Shown here one piece after another: positions 47,239 to 60,909 of a stretch of DNA of 64,000 nucleotides (position 1 is the stretch's first letter; each line of letters opens with the position of its first letter). The notes below the pieces were generated by a model. The model was not told the origin of the DNA, did not search any database, and saw only the letters and a list, made by a program, of their open reading frames with translations. The position numbers were made by a program, and so were the translations under genes. Source of the DNA: Aplysia californica (Eukaryota); assembly GCF_000002075.1 (NCBI RefSeq), contig NW_004797519.1:308649-372648 (forward strand). Direction: 5' to 3'.

Positions 47239-48308
47239 TAGTGCGGTCAAAAATTTTTTTACAACTTATTATCAAATATCTCCTTTACCCCCCGGGGCAG
47301 TGCCACTGACTGAAGTGTCTTTAGGCCATTCCCAAAGGGGGGACATATCTCGTTCAAGCATTGTAGAATTGTAAATGGGCTGATTCATGTCACGCACATA
47401 ACTGTGCCTGATCTACAACAGAACAGGGAACTGCTGCTTTTTCTTTCCTGATCCTTACTATTGTCATTTCCTCTACTTCTTTTGTAAGTTTATCACTCCC
47501 TTGTGACCTGCTATTTTGGGGTGCCTTGATAGTTGAAGCAGCCCTTGTGCTGTTGAAGCTAGAGAGGTGAGCAGTTTAAGTCTGATTCCCTGTAAAGACT
47601 TCTCTGTTGACATCCCCCCCTTGGCGCTCATATGACCTTATGCAGTTGCGATCGCCGTAAAACCCTCGACTATAAAAAAAAATAAATAAAAAAATATCTC
47701 CTTAACTATCAAACATAGATTCTCCAACTTTTGCACAATGACTTATATCAATTTTTCTGAACAGTTGAATATTTTTTTCAAAACCCCTGTACGCGGTATT
47801 CTAGAAATTTCTGTAATATTGATAAATACTAATAAAAAATCTCAGTCGATGGTTTCTACAGATTTTAAAAAGTTTAAACTGGGGCAATGTCGCTTTTAAA
47901 AGCAAGACCATCGTTTTTTTCTAATTACGACATTATGCTTATTGAACACATGCTTTGAGAATCTTTAGTGCAAACACTGTGTTCACTATAAAATCAATTT
48001 CTTACAGCAAGTTTTGCCACTAAAAAGTGTCATTGCTGAGATGTGACGTAGATCATATGCGTATGCAAAATGTGTGTGAGAAGCGGGAAGTGCTGTGAAC
48101 ACTCCCATTTTCCGCATGACGGAGATTTGTAGTATTTTATATAAATTTTTAAAGAAAAGTTTTTGAATCTAGCCTCAATATTTATGGCAAAATATGATTA
48201 AATTAAGACAAATTGATACAAACTGGCGTGCAAAGTATGGATGACAGTGATTCACCCGTGAAAGAGATATTTGAGGATAAGTTGCACCACAAATTTTTGA
48301 CCGCACAA
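47239..48308. mobile_element. Tc1-like MITE hosting a nested SINE-like copy
   Basis: TA-flanked TIR TAGTGCGGTCAAAAATTT..ACAACTTAT..TCAAATATCTC / GAGATATTTGAGGATAAGTTG..AAATTTTTGACCGCACAA. Confidence 0.75.
47286..47691 (+). mobile_element. SINE-like retroposon, family A copy 2
   Basis: A-rich tail and 12-bp TSD AAATATCTCCTT (47274-47285, 47692-47703). Confidence 0.88.
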
Positions 48309-48619
48309 TAGTTGTAATACTGTGTACCTGGGTCAATATAGTTTTATCACTGCCAATGACAATGACCATGGCAATCTTTAGTAATCTCGCAGGGAGAAAT
48401 TTGTCCTAGTCGTTTACAATGGCAGTAGATGTTTTATAAAGGTTAGGTGCATGCACGCATACGCACTACAAGACAGGACATTGATAAATACTTGTTTCGC
48501 TTTCTACAACCTGCTCCGTAAACATTCTCCATCTCTCTCTCGCTCTCTCTCTCTCTTTCTTTCTTTGTTTCTCTCTCTCTCTCTCTCAATCTCTCTCTGT
48601 GTTTCTTTTGTAGCACTGT

Positions 48620-49080
48620 GTGTTCAGTAACCTCACTGCAGTTGGTACGAATGAATTTCTGTATCTGTCTGTTTTTGTTTTTTTGGAAATGTATCGTTTA
48701 CTGTGGGTCGATAATTGAAATTCCGATGACTGTGGGTGGCTATGGTCACTTAGCATTATTTCCGCCTCTTTTTAAAGAACATTTGTTATGTGTAGATATT
48801 CAAAGCTACTCGGGTCTTTACCAATTATTCACGATGCCTTTCTAATCAATTTGTTTATTTTTATGCCTCTGATTTACCTTTTTAACAATATTGTTTACCT
48901 GATTTTGCCATGTAAATTTGTTGTCGATTGTAAGACCAAGATATTTGAATGAATCTGTCATTTCAATTGTTTCTTGTTCAATTACAAGTGGTGGGATTGT
49001 TGGTTTTTCTCTTTTAAAATCAGAAATCATTTCCTTTGTTTTTGAGAGGTTCATTTTTAGAAAATTTGAATTCCACATTT
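48620..49080 (-). mobile_element. CR1/L2/Rex-group LINE RT fragment
   Basis: LKMNLSKTKEMISDFKR...FKYLGLTIDNKFTW. Confidence 0.7.
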
Positions 49081-49681
49081 AAAAAACATACATATTTCTT
49101 TGAAAGGGGGGATTAAGAGAATTTCAATGGACACACTGTGGAAGAAGTTATAATATGTTCAGCAAAAATAGTCGTGCCAACTTTGCTCAGTCTTGAGAAG
49201 TGGAGTTTTTGCTACGACAGTAGCTCTCTTCGAAGTTGGCCCTGGTAGACAGGGCTGAAATGGCCTGCCTCCCAAAAAATCTCAATTGTATGGATTGGGG
49301 TATAACGCGTTTGCAGTTGTAATTTATCTCAATTACAGTTGCAGCAGCTAAATCTGCAGCAGACTGTGGCTTCCGCTTTTGAGGTGTTATCTTAAAAAGA
49401 GTTAAGTAGTGCTTGTGCTTTTATGAATGTCTCGTTAGCTAACCGTAACAAGAGCTTATGAATTGAATTATTCAAAATTTCATCCAGTTTTTCATAGTTG
49501 GCACCCATTGTAGAGGAGAAAAGTGGTTGTCTTCTATAGGAAGATGTGGTGGACAATGTGACTATAATACAGAAAAGGAGCAAAGGGAGAAGTGGATTTT
49601 TTTTTAGTAGAGGTGACTGTATTGGGACAGGTGGCCATAAGACAGAGCAGGTTTGACTGTGTACTTATCCTCTTCGTGCAG

Positions 49682-49942
49682 GACATGAAAGCAGATCTAG
49701 AGGCCAAGCTGAAGTCGGCCAGAGAAGCAAGAGACGCTGCGAAATCGGGAGAGTCCTCACTTCCAGATTTTTCTTGTCGCAAACAGTCCCAACCCAGAGA
49801 CAGAGGGGGTGACAGGGATCATAACGAAGAAGATAATGTTGTTGTGCTATCCAGAAGAGGAAGGGGAGATATGCTTCGGCCTGTGGTTGGAGAAACGAAA
49901 GATGGATGGGACAGAGGAGGAAGAAAAGGAAGGAAGAAAAAT
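49682..49942 (+). CDS. CWF19L2: CWF19L2 exon 9
   Basis: 261 nt, DMKADLEAKL...VVVLSR...MLRP. Confidence 0.9.
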
Positions 49943-50336
49943 GTGAGTCAAGTCTTAGCCAGAGCCGGTACCCTTTTGAGAGTAGCTGCATGGCAAATTG
50001 ATGAAGCTTTAACAGGCTGCTGCATTTGTGACGTCAAGTGCCACCATATGAAGAATGAAGATGATTAGAATTAAAACTGTAATTTTTTCCTTGTTAAGTT
50101 GTAATTTAAAAAAAAGAATTCTTTTTTGAATTGTGGTATGGAATAATAATCTCATCTTTACACACACATTTGTGACAGTGAAGACATGAAACCTGTGCCT
50201 TTTCTGGAGACTCACAAAGGTCATGTTTCACAGAGCTATGTCATGTAACCATATGTACATGTTGCTGGGATTTTAACCAAAATTTATTTTTGTTGTTTTC
50301 AGTGCTTATTCTTTTCATGTCTGAATGCCGTTTCAG

Positions 50337-50411
50337 GTTACCACTCATGACAGTAAAGGGGAAAGAACTCAGTATTTTGATAATGATGACAGATTGGATC
50401 TCAAAACTCTG
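50337..50411 (+). CDS. CWF19L2: CWF19L2 exon 10
   Basis: 75 nt, VTTHDSKGERTQYFDNDDRLDLKTL. Confidence 0.92.
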
Positions 50412-50493
50412 GTATGTATTTATTTGATATTGACTTTTTTGTAGTGAGAAAGTTAATGGTTGTTGTTTATTTCTTATTTTATCCACCAAAGTA

Positions 50494-50662
50494 CTGTCAA
50501 AATGATTCAAGATGGCCATCTATTGTTGTGGAGAAAAGTTGTCTTAAAGGGATGGACATCTTGGACATTGTCAATATAGAACAAATGCAAGAGAGGAAAT
50601 GGGAAGTTGTCGTTTGTACAGATGGTTGTCTTAGACTGGTGGTTGTAGAGCTGGTTCAACTG
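50494..50662. mobile_element. pogo/Tigger-like MITE
   Basis: Homologous to 42459-42625. Confidence 0.5.
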
Positions 50663-52006
50663 TCTACTTCACAGGGGTTTTAGAAATTAAAATTTTGATA
50701 AAAGGAGTGGCTTTTTTTCCTTTGGTTTGAAGGTACTTTTTTCTGTGACAAGTCTTCTATGAAAATGATTTTACACTCATTAGACTAAAGTGAAAGTAGT
50801 CCTTTTTGCAGGAAGTTTAGTTTCAAAGCGATCTTGCACTCAATTTATCTGTGTGAAAGAATTTTTCTTCTTTAAGTCTGAACTGATGTGAGAGTAGTCT
50901 TATCATTATTTTGTATGTTATTGTGTGAAAGTAATCTTACACTTACAGCTACTCATCAGTTATGAAAAATATGTCATAGCTGTTGGCCTTGTATGAAAAG
51001 ATATCTGGACATTGTTGCAAAATGCAAGAAATTAATTTTTTCATATTCCTTACTTTACTTGCAATGATGTGAACATAAATTTCTGAAACAGAAAATCATT
51101 TTATTCTTAATTACAGGCTTTTATATTAATTAATTTGTTGTAGGTTATCTTCAATAGGAAGCTAAAATTCATTTTTTGATGTAATGATGGTTTTTTTCGA
51201 AATAAATCTTAAAGGCATCTCTATAAATAATGGATTTGAAGTGGCACAAAAGCAGTATGGAAAGGATATCCTTATTATACAGTAAAGACCCGTGTGGCAT
51301 TCACTGCTGGTGCTCTTGGTTTTCATGTCTGAGAAAAGCAGGAAAATGGCTCTTAGATCGACATGATTCCTTTTCCACATATGTATTCTTCTTATGTACG
51401 ATGGTGTACAGATTTAAAGTCAAATAATAATGAGAAGACAAGAAAACACTAAATTATTGCTGGTTAATTAAATCTAGTTAGCCATATGAAAAGGGCTACT
51501 GTGTTTTGTATATCCCCAAAAACTAATGTATGTGTAGGAGCAAGCTAAGAAATCAAACATGCCTTTCCTTCTTGTCACAACACAATGCCATATGTGTCGC
51601 TGCCGGTCAATATAAATCATGTGAAGGAAATTTCAAAAGTGTGTAGAACGGAATTGCTACTCACCATATATGTCTGCCCCGCTCAATATCAGTCGTAAGA
51701 CGCACTTCGCTATTATCAGCTACATGGCTCGAAAGGCAAAAAAGTGACTTTCCATGAAGTGACTTTCACACTCTTACACAATTATGTTTATCTCTGTCTT
51801 CTATTTTATCAGTCATTTTTAGTCTGTTAGTTATGTTCAAATGGATAGCTTTTCTGAGCAGGTAAGAAAACAGTTTATTCTCAGGTAAAAAGAAAGATAA
51901 TTTCTGGTCACACAAAATATTGGCTCTAAAAAAAGAAAAAATATTTAACTCCCCAAAAGGTAATCCATATTTCAGTTTCAGAAATATTCCTTTTTTCCCC
52001 TCCAAG

Positions 52007-52072
52007 GTTGAACAAGAAAAAACTGGCACAGCAGAAGATCAGAATGCCATGTTTGCCCGTTTGGCTGGAAGG
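52007..52072 (+). CDS. CWF19L2: CWF19L2 exon 11
   Basis: 66 nt, VEQEKTGTAEDQNAMF. AAG acceptor, GTAAGT donor. Confidence 0.9.
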
Positions 52073-52424
52073 GTAAGTCACTGCTCTTTTTCTGATCATT
52101 CTTAAGGTAGTAGCGGGATCTGCTGTAATAATAGTAATAATATTAATAGATTGTACTTATATATCACTCTGCCTAATATAAATATAAGCTTTGAGCGCTT
52201 TAGATTGCTGATATTTATCACGAACAAGCATTCATATCTCTGCTCCGTTTATCATTGTCCCTTGTTTTTGTATGATTTGTTGGTTGATTTTAGCCAATGT
52301 GTGCAAAGACTATTTTTTTAGCTGGTCAGAACTAACTTTTTGATGTGATTGTCTTTTGTAATAGATACATAAATGGGGAAGTGTGTCCTCCTCCCTCCCC
52401 CCACCTTTCTCTCCCCCCTCTTCT

Positions 52425-52427
<3 letters not shown>

Positions 52428-52502
<75 letters not shown>
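52428..52502. repeat. (CT)n microsatellite
   Basis: CT run. Confidence 0.95.
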
Positions 52503-52507
<5 letters not shown>

Positions 52508-52625
52508 TTGCTTAGTAAAGGGACATAACACATACAAAGACGTTTTTTTTTTTGGTCTGTTATTTCCCATTACAAATGTTATCCTCAAATTTCCTCTCTG
52601 GTTCTGTCTCGCTCCCACTCCTTAG

Positions 52626-52731
52626 TCCACTGACAGGGACCTGGATGTGGATGATATGTTTGTGGATAAGGCAGCCCGGAAACAGAATGAGGACAACATA
52701 TTCAACAAAGACAGATCAGCCGCCATATATG
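52626..52731 (+). CDS. CWF19L2: CWF19L2 exon 12
   Basis: 106 nt, DVDDMFVDKAA, phase 1. Confidence 0.9.
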
Positions 52732-53034
52732 GTCAGTAAATATTCCATTCTTCACACATAAAATATACTGGTACTTTTACATAAATATGCTTATTCCAGA
52801 TTTTATTTTGTTTATTTTCGTAAGTGATGTTGAAATGGATATACCTTTTTTTTCAGGAAAATATTTTCCCTTTTCAATGTTTTAGTTCCATTTGCTGGTA
52901 GATAAATTCTGATATTTTAGATTGGGCTGAAATATCAGTGGCTATTTTTTAGCAATGTTTAGAGAAGCACAGCGCTTTAGAGTTGTATATAGCCTGTATA
53001 TTAATCATATGATCCACGCAAAAGATGGGTATAA

Positions 53035-54068
53035 CAGAGATGCCAACCAGTACGATTTTACGTATTTTAGTACGATTTTTTGCAGAAAATACGCGAATAC
53101 GACTTTTCATGAAAAAATACGCATCCTGGAATGGAATGCGTACAATACGACATTCAGCTTGGGCGAGTAAACCTAATTATCTCAAGTCCCATCTTTTGCC
53201 AAAATAGTATCAGTATCGTGGAACTGGAATATTTGAAAACCAAGTCCGATAAGGTCAGAAACTTCATTTTTGCCGGTCACGATTGTGATATTATATTCGT
53301 TCACCCTTTCCCCTTCCGAGAGTACGTTTCACACGAACAGGCGGCCATGGCGGCAGGCGGAAGTGTATGTGACACCGATGCTCGATTGGGAAAATCAAGA
53401 TCTACTTTCGCTTTCGTTACCACCGAGAAGTTTGCCAGTGGTAGTCTGATAACGCAACATTTGTGACATACGGGTTGTGCAGTGTAAACGCTGTGTCGCC
53501 GATACGATAAAATTTAATCAACACTCGGACTCGTCTCTGTGCTGTCATGTGTGGGAAAGAAAGAAAAGAAAATACAAGCGTTGTCCGATTTTTAGATTGT
53601 CTGGCTCGCCATCGTGACCGGTCACTGAACCTGCGCGCATTCGCATCATAAATAAATGCGGCATCGTATGAGCAAAGACCGTCTTTAGTGGGAGTAACTG
53701 CGTTGCGAGCGAAGTATAGGACTACGGAATAGGGGAGGGGATTATTGTTTTTGTTTTTTTTAAATACACTCGGGGGGGGGGGGGGGGGGGGAAGGCAACA
53801 ACAGAGGACAAAAACTTGGAAGCAAATTTCAGAATTTTGATAGAGCTCTCTGCAAAGCGCATGTTGGTGCAGGCAATGTGCTGAATCGGGACCCTTCATT
53901 CTTTGCAAGCTGATGAGCTGGTAAATTTTTTATCAGGAAATATTGCTGGACACCCTGAACATTTTACTAGTTGGTCGGTCGGTCGTGGGGAATACACATT
54001 TCCCCCTGAAAATACACATTTTCATATTTTCCAGTACTCATTTCAGTTTTCTGTGGTTGGTATCTCTG
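53035..54068. mobile_element. Non-autonomous DNA transposon with 6-bp TSD (hAT-like termini)
   Basis: TIR CAGAGATGCCAACC/GGTTGGTATCTCTG, with GTATAA on both sides. Confidence 0.8.
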
Positions 54069-54149
54069 GTATAAATAAATTGTAGGGACCTATGTTTTCA
54101 GTGAAAATGAAGTGCTAACGAGCACCATTCATGTTAAGATACCCCCCAC

Positions 54150-54202
<53 letters not shown>

Positions 54203-54334
54203 TATACATAAAGCCCTGGTAGATTTTTATTTATGTGACAACATGCTCTATTAGTCTATTTGTTGTGCATTTCACTTTTCTCTCACACTGAGAGACCATC
54301 TTTGTGTTTGATATATTTTTTGTGAACCCACTGT

Positions 54335-54512
54335 GGCAGGTTGGCGGGTGCTCTGGTGTGATTTGCTCCTTTTTTCCTATGAGACATCTATTGTCCTGAT
54401 CTCTCCTCCTCCTTTTTTGTGTTTGTTACTCTTGTAACACCGCTTACCGTCGCAACTTATATTATGACCTCATTGTGTTGCGAGTGCCTTAAAATTCTTT
54501 CTAAATCTAAAA
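54335..54512 (+). mobile_element. Short retroposon family B (GGGTGCTCTGGTGTG..TTGCTCC head, ATGACC tail); relatives at ~56120-56290, ~3662-3720 and, inverted, ~57860-57885
   Basis: Pairwise similarity between copies. The tail resembles the I/Nimb-type tail. Confidence 0.6.
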
Positions 54513-54552
54513 AGTTAACCCACTGGACATGACTGTGTTTCTTTCCTTTCAG

Positions 54553-54641
54553 AGCATAAAAAGATCAGTGCAGCAATGGAAAAGTGTCACAGATGTTTTG
54601 ACAAGGTTCCGAAACATTTGATCATTGCTATTGGCAGTAAG
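54553..54641 (+). CDS. CWF19L2: CWF19L2 exon 13 (start of CwfJ_C_1, CxxC)
   Basis: 89 nt, [19 protein letters not shown]. Confidence 0.95.
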
Positions 54642-55291
54642 GTAATTAAATTTCTGTTATTGATTTCCTTAGTTTGTTTTATCCACTAGTAGAACAGACG
54701 AGTCCCGTCTGTTGAAGTCTTTTCTCAAAGCCATTGTATGTCTCAACAAATTTTTCTCTTTACAGCACAATAGATTTGCCACTCCTTTATTTATCTCAGT
54801 TTTTTACATTTGTAACATTAAGAAGAATACCGTTTAATAAGCTCCTAAGAAAATGCAATAACAGACATGTATCTGTCTTCTCAGGCTTGAAGTTGAGAAT
54901 ACCACAGTTTCTGCTATATTGTATATTTGTGGCGACCTGGGGAAGCCAGGCTCAATGATGATATTTTTTACACTTGACAATAACAGTTTAGGAGATGTGT
55001 TAATTTATTTATTAATCTTTTCTTAACCGTATTCATTTCCCTTTAGTATGACACTAGTCAAGTGTACCATTTGCATGCATGGTAGTTTTTAACACAAATC
55101 TATTAAACATGAAAATGTTGTTACCACGAAAGGATTTCAAATCGCCAGTTTTTTTTTCACCTTTTTATCTTATGCTTTGCAACTTCCCTGTAACATGAAA
55201 TCTGCTTAACTGGAAGAAATTCTCTGGTTGTATGAAGTTTGTTTTGTCAAGGTATATATATTTATGGTTCCCCTCTACCATCTGTGCTCAG

Positions 55292-55408
55292 AGCTACCTG
55301 TGCCTGCCCCAACATCGCTCCCTGACAGAAGGACATTGTCTCATTGTTCCCATGCAGCACGTCTCTGCTGGCACAGCTCTTGACGAAGACATCTGGCAGG
55401 AAATGCAG
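55292..55408 (+). CDS. CWF19L2: CWF19L2 exon 14
   Basis: 117 nt, [22 protein letters not shown]...LDEDIW. Confidence 0.96.
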
Positions 55409-56587
55409 GTGGGTAGCGTGGTTAGATTCAACAGAAAAATGGCATAGATTCATTGACGAGACTAAATGTGAGGCATTGTTGTGAAATCAGACGCTCATCA
55501 AAAAAATTGAAAGTCAAGAAACTGGCATATTTCTGCAGGTTTGGGAATTTTTATCAAATTTTTGTTTTTTGGCTCAACACCTTTCATGCCCACCAAAGAA
55601 CATATTTATGTGTGAATTTTACTGAAAAACATTGATCAAAGGCATAAAAGAGGTAAATATTCAGTTTCCACAGACCTTTAAGCTAAGGAAATAACTCAAC
55701 TTTGGCGACCATTTTCAGGCCAATTATACCTCAGAAACCAGGCAACCCCACTTCCTTCAATAGCCAATATCTTGACTTGCATCCAAGATAAATGGATATT
55801 TTTGTCGTCAAAAGCAAGGGAAATGGGCAGGCTTTAAGATGATACCAATAACACCATATACCCCTAAATTGACGAGCGCCTGAGTCCACCGCATCGTGAC
55901 ACATATATCAAAAGATGAAGAACTCCTTTTGCTCGGAGTCGAGAAATCACTCTTAAATGCTGTGCAAAAATTTTTATTGATGTTTTTTGACACATAGTGA
56001 TGCATGATTGATAACTGAAAACAGTGCTGGGAGTTAAATGTTAGAGAGAGGACAACCAAGAAGCCAATGGACAGAGAACATTTTTAAAAAGAATTAGACA
56101 GGAGGCAGAAGTGAGTAGTTTGTGGGTGCTCTGGTGTGGTTTGCTCCTTTTTTCTTATCAATTACTGTCTATTGTTCTTATCTCTCCTTTTTATGTTTAG
56201 TACTCTCTTGTAACACATCTAATCTTCGTAACTTATATGACCTAATTGTGTCTCTAGTGTTTATTTAATTGTGTCGCAAGGTCTTACTAAAAAGAAGGCT
56301 GAGTGCTCAATAATGGTGCAGGACAGATTGGCTTGAAGAGCCATGACGTGTCTTCCTCACTCCTAGGATGACACGAGACAACGGCTGTGGCGTAATTTAC
56401 TCTCAAATAATGCTTTTTGTTTGATGTGCTATTTTACAAAGGCATTGCATGTTAGATCTGGTCTTTAATGTGTCAATATTGATGTCGATGCTTTTCTTAT
56501 GTTTACTGCAACTGATTTATTTCCTGACGTGCTACATAAACCTAATTAGTAGCATGCACCCTTGTCATGAACATAGAATGTAGACAA

Positions 56588-56980
56588 TACCCGCGGGGGA
56601 AGTGCCACTGTCTGAAGTGTCTTTAGGCCATTCCCAAAGGGGGGACAATAACCTCTTGAGTTCTTATGCTCAGTAGAATTGTACATCTAAATGGGCTGAC
56701 TCCTCAATCTTATGCTCGTAACTGTGCCTGAACTGCTTTTTCTTTCCTAATCCTTGCTATCGTCATTTTCCTCTACCTTGTATGTTTGTCACACTCTTTT
56801 GACCCACTATTTCCGGGGTTCCTTGATAGTCGAAGCAGACTTTGTGCTGTTGAAGCTAGAGAAGTGAGCTGAGTAAGACAATGATTCCCTGTAAGGACTT
56901 CTCTGTTGACATCCATCCCTTGGTGCTTATATGAACTTATACAGTTGCGATCGCCGAATCACCTCTACTACACTAAAACT
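56588..56980 (+). mobile_element. SINE-like retroposon, family A copy 3
   Basis: End-to-end homology with 5586-5990 and 47286-47691. Confidence 0.8.
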
Positions 56981-57396
56981 AAGACCAGTCTAACACTGAC
57001 CCTATTACCCTATTGTGTGTAGTTATGCAACTCTGCCGTCCCAAGGCAGAGTGATGTATTTGACAAAATGGAGTTTTTTGGCTTTATTGCAGGTTTTTTT
57101 ATAACACAATTCTGGCCCGTATCCTTCTCGCGTCAAAATAGGATGACATATCTACATCCAAATTTGTAGAAGTTTTCAAAATGGTAAAGTTTCGTAAGGG
57201 ACTGATCTCAATAATAGGCATCAAGAGTTTTGCATTTTTGGGTCAAAATCATGAAATGAGCAGTTACTTTGCTCTGCCTTTTGTTCGCCGAACTGTCCTG
57301 ACCATCTATCGTTCTTCTATTCTTGATTTCCTCAGTTGTTTTTTTTTAGGGGGTGGTCGGGGAGTACTGCTCTTCTTTCTTTCCCTGTGTTATTTC

Positions 57397-57558
57397 TGTT
57401 GGTTTCATCCTTTCTCACTCACGTGTTGGTTTCATCCTTTCTCACTCACGTGTTGGTTTCATCCTTTCTCACTCACGTGTTGGTTTCATCCTTTCTCACT
57501 CATGTGTTGGTTTCATCCTTTCTCACTCACGTGTTGGTTTCATCCTTTCTCACTCACG
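57397..57558. repeat. 27-bp minisatellite, 6 copies
   Basis: TGTTGGTTTCATCCTTTCTCACTCACG repeated head to tail. Confidence 0.97.
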
Positions 57559-57928
57559 GGATGACTTATTAATTATGTTGATATGCTTCTCTTTACTCTG
57601 AAGAACTCAGTTTTAGTCTAAAATTAGTAAGAGTTTGTTGGTACTTGCAACACAGATAGATCATATAAATGTCGAAGATTAGAAGCGTTATTAGAGAGCA
57701 ATATACAAAGAAAAGGAGGAGAGATAAGAACGACAGCTTTTTGATAGGAAAGAAGAAGCAGAAATTGGTCATATTAATGATGAAGATTAGTAGAGGAACA
57801 TACAAAGGAAAGGAGGCGTGATAATAACAACAGCTGTTTGACAGGAAAGAAGGACCAGACAACACCAGGGCACCCACCAACCTCTGTCAAAGAAATCAGT
57901 ATCTCATAATTTCTATTTCTATTTCCAG

Positions 57929-58084
57929 CTTTTCCGCAAGAGTCTGGTCCAGATGTTTGCTGCTCAAGACCAGGATGTTGTCATCATGGAAACTGTGATG
58001 CATATCAAGCACTTCCCACACACAGCGTTAGAGTGTGTGCCCCTGGAGAGAGAAGTGGGGGACCTGTCCCCTATCTACTTCAAA
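57929..58084 (+). CDS. CWF19L2: CWF19L2 exon 15
   Basis: 156 nt, FRKSLVQMF...HTALECVPL...PIYFK. Confidence 0.96.
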
Positions 58085-58631
58085 GTATGTGAAGACTACA
58101 GTGGGGAAAAACAGCGGTCACATTTTAAAACATTATTTTGAGTCGTACCCCATTGGGGCTTCTTGACTCAACGGTAAAATATAAAATAATATTTTAAAGG
58201 GATAAAATTAACAGGGTCTTCCTTGTACAAATAAGCTGAGAAAATATGATCTTTTTTTAGATATGAGGGTCCAAATTTTGAAACTGCGAATTCTCAGAAT
58301 CTCTAAAATGTAACTCTCCCATTTTTGCCACTGAAGCCATCTTGTGTTATTCAAGTGAAAGTCTGTTTTTTTCCATTGATGTCGTTCAAGGAAATAGATG
58401 ATGAGAACTTTTGAAATAAGAGACGTTTGGACAGCCTGGACACTTTCACTGAACTGTTACTCATGAACTCAAGTGCGATGTACTACACATAACATTTTGT
58501 TTATTCCAATTTCATTTCAAAAGTGAAAAGGACATTGACAGCAGTATCATGACGCGTTCAAGTTTATTTTGTTATTTGTTTGAAAATGTGGGTTTTTATT
58601 CAAATTTGTAAACATTTTTCCACTCCCATAG

Positions 58632-58712
58632 AAAGCTATTCAGGAAGTGGGACCTGAGTGGGCTGACAACAAGAAGCTGATAGACCTGAGCAAGAAAGAT
58701 GTCAGACGTGCG
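58632..58712 (+). CDS. CWF19L2: CWF19L2 exon 16
   Basis: 81 nt, KAIQE..EWADNKKLIDL. Confidence 0.95.
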
Positions 58713-58773
58713 GTGAGTCAAGAGATTTGGTCTCTAGACCGTCTGCAGTATTAGACACTGTCCCACCTACATG

Positions 58774-59855
58774 CAGTGGCGTGGCTATCCAAGCGCAAAT
58801 GGCGCCATGGCGCCTCCCTTTGAAATGGAGAAGGGATTTTCAAAAAAGGAATATGATTTTCCAAAACTTAACAAAATATCACAATATTTTTTCAAACAAA
58901 TCTCTTATCCAGTGTTCGTCCCTAAGTACGCCAGTCTTCAGTTAATGTGTCTATAATTAGGCCTGTGGGAGGAGGGCGGGTAAGCCTCCCGTGGCCTGTG
59001 GCAAGGGTCTCCCAGCGTCTTTCGTTCACTACGTCTGACGTCACTGAGGGCGCCGAGCCCAGATCGGCGCTACCTGAACCAGTGTCTCTGCCTGAACCCA
59101 TCTGGGTGTTCATTGTTTAGGTGTGAAGTCTGGTCAAAATAATTCAAAATGATCTATAAACTATTTGATTCAGTCAATTGAAAACAAGGTTTTCTTTCCA
59201 ACAATAGCAAGAAAGTTTCTTTAATACCCATCCAGACATTTGACGGAAGACACGAGAGATATCCCCAAGAACATAACTCAGCCAAAAATGCTACAACAGG
59301 TACTCCCATCACTCTAAGAGATTGTACTGTTGGAACAAAGGGCCAAGATGGATTTGGCGCCTGTTTGGTAGGGAGGGGAAGGAGTAGTAGTTAGCCTGGA
59401 CATGGCATCGTTGCGAACTGTGTAAAAATAGGTTTTATTGTCTGCTTTCTAGAAACCAGAACTGCAGGCGAATCAGGGAATGGGGTAATTATGTCAAGAC
59501 GCCCCGAGGGCAATAGTGCATGCGTGTTCTTGACTGTGAATGTGGGCTTTTCTGTTGATCCGTGGGAAGTTATTGTTTTGTGTGTGAACAGTTAAAATGT
59601 GATGTGATTGGCGCATCTTGAGCGCCGAACTTGGTTCTTTATCATCAGTTCTCTCTCTATATAAAAGATTGTACCGGCACATATCTATTCTTTTCACATG
59701 GATATAATAGGTGTCCCTGTATCAGTATTAAAGTTAAACGAAGAGGCGTATAGTAAGTCTACAGATTATAGGCCTGTAATAAGTAGGCAATACTTTTTGT
59801 TGAGCATAAATTTATTCTTGGCGCCACCTTCTGTGGAAGTGACGCCAAGCCCCTG
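58774..59855. mobile_element. Non-autonomous hAT element
   Basis: TIR CAGTGGCGTGGC/GCCAAGCCCCTG. Perfect 8-bp TSD CCTACATG. Confidence 0.85.
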
Positions 59856-60119
59856 CCTACATGGCAGGTCATTTCTCATGATGTGCAGCTGGCTGTGTAA
59901 CTAAATCTCCCATCATTGTCCTGGAGCTTTTTCTTTTTGCTGTGGACTACTATTGGGATTTTCCTATTACTAATTATGAAGGAAATCTCATTCCACTAAT
60001 ATTTGCAGTGTGACTGTTGGTTCGGTGAGACCTTCAAGTTTAAACTGATATTTATTAGTTTCTCTACCAAGAACAAGTTATGCCTGTTTGAATTTGATGC
60101 TTTTTAACTTATTTTTTAA

Positions 60120-60432
60120 ACGTTTCCAGCCCCATGCGTGTATATTTTCAGCAGCGCTTGTACCTCCCTCTGTCCCAAGAGCGTATATTCTCAGTTTCAG
60201 GGGGTACTGAATTTGCGCATTTTTCGAAATTAGCAAATCTAATTAAACTTTAATTTTCATGATATTTTTTCATTTACCTTTAAACATTGTTATATGTTAT
60301 AATCCAAACTTCATTACAAAGATACTACATCACTTTTTAGAATGAATATTGAAAGCCTCTTTTTCGGAAATACTGCTTTATTGGCTGGGACTGGGGTTAG
60401 GGAGTGCACAAAAATGGCTGGAGCTGGAAGGG
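60120..60432. mobile_element. piggyBac-type MITE, degenerate
   Basis: TTAA-flanked, imperfect TIR ..TTCCAGC / GCTGGAAGGG. Confidence 0.45.
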
Positions 60433-60909
60433 TTAAAACTTAAAAAAATCTGAGCACAGCTTGAATGTTTTTTTTTCCATGATGAACGTCTGTGTCTGCA
60501 ATGAACAGAGAGTGTAAAATGAACAAGGCACGAGGCGCTGTGTTTTGGTCAGAGAGTGGGACATTCATGAAAATGTGGATTAATTGGTGTACAAGTGAAG
60601 TTGTTTAGTTAGACAGCTAGGGCGAAGAAGCAGATAGGAATTAAAACCAATCAGAAGACCGTCCTGGACCAACCAGAAAATTGGGAGAGGGCTAGAAATA
60701 TTGACTGGGGTAGGGGGTATTTAGGTGGTGTTTGGGATTGGATAATAATCCTATGACAAGTCAGTCTCTGGTCCAGGAAGGGACCATGTGTCTTTGGTTC
60801 CACATCAAACTGTGGAAACTTAGATATGGTCTTTTGACTTTTAAAAATTATTATTTCCTCTCATGATTTTGATTTAATAATGCATTTGCAAATCTATTTT
60901 TGTGTTCAG

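Noticed and set aside
57181-57601. ORFs with repeated CWFHPFSLT / VGFILSHSR peptides
   Set aside because: Translations of a 27-bp intronic minisatellite, with no splice or homology support.
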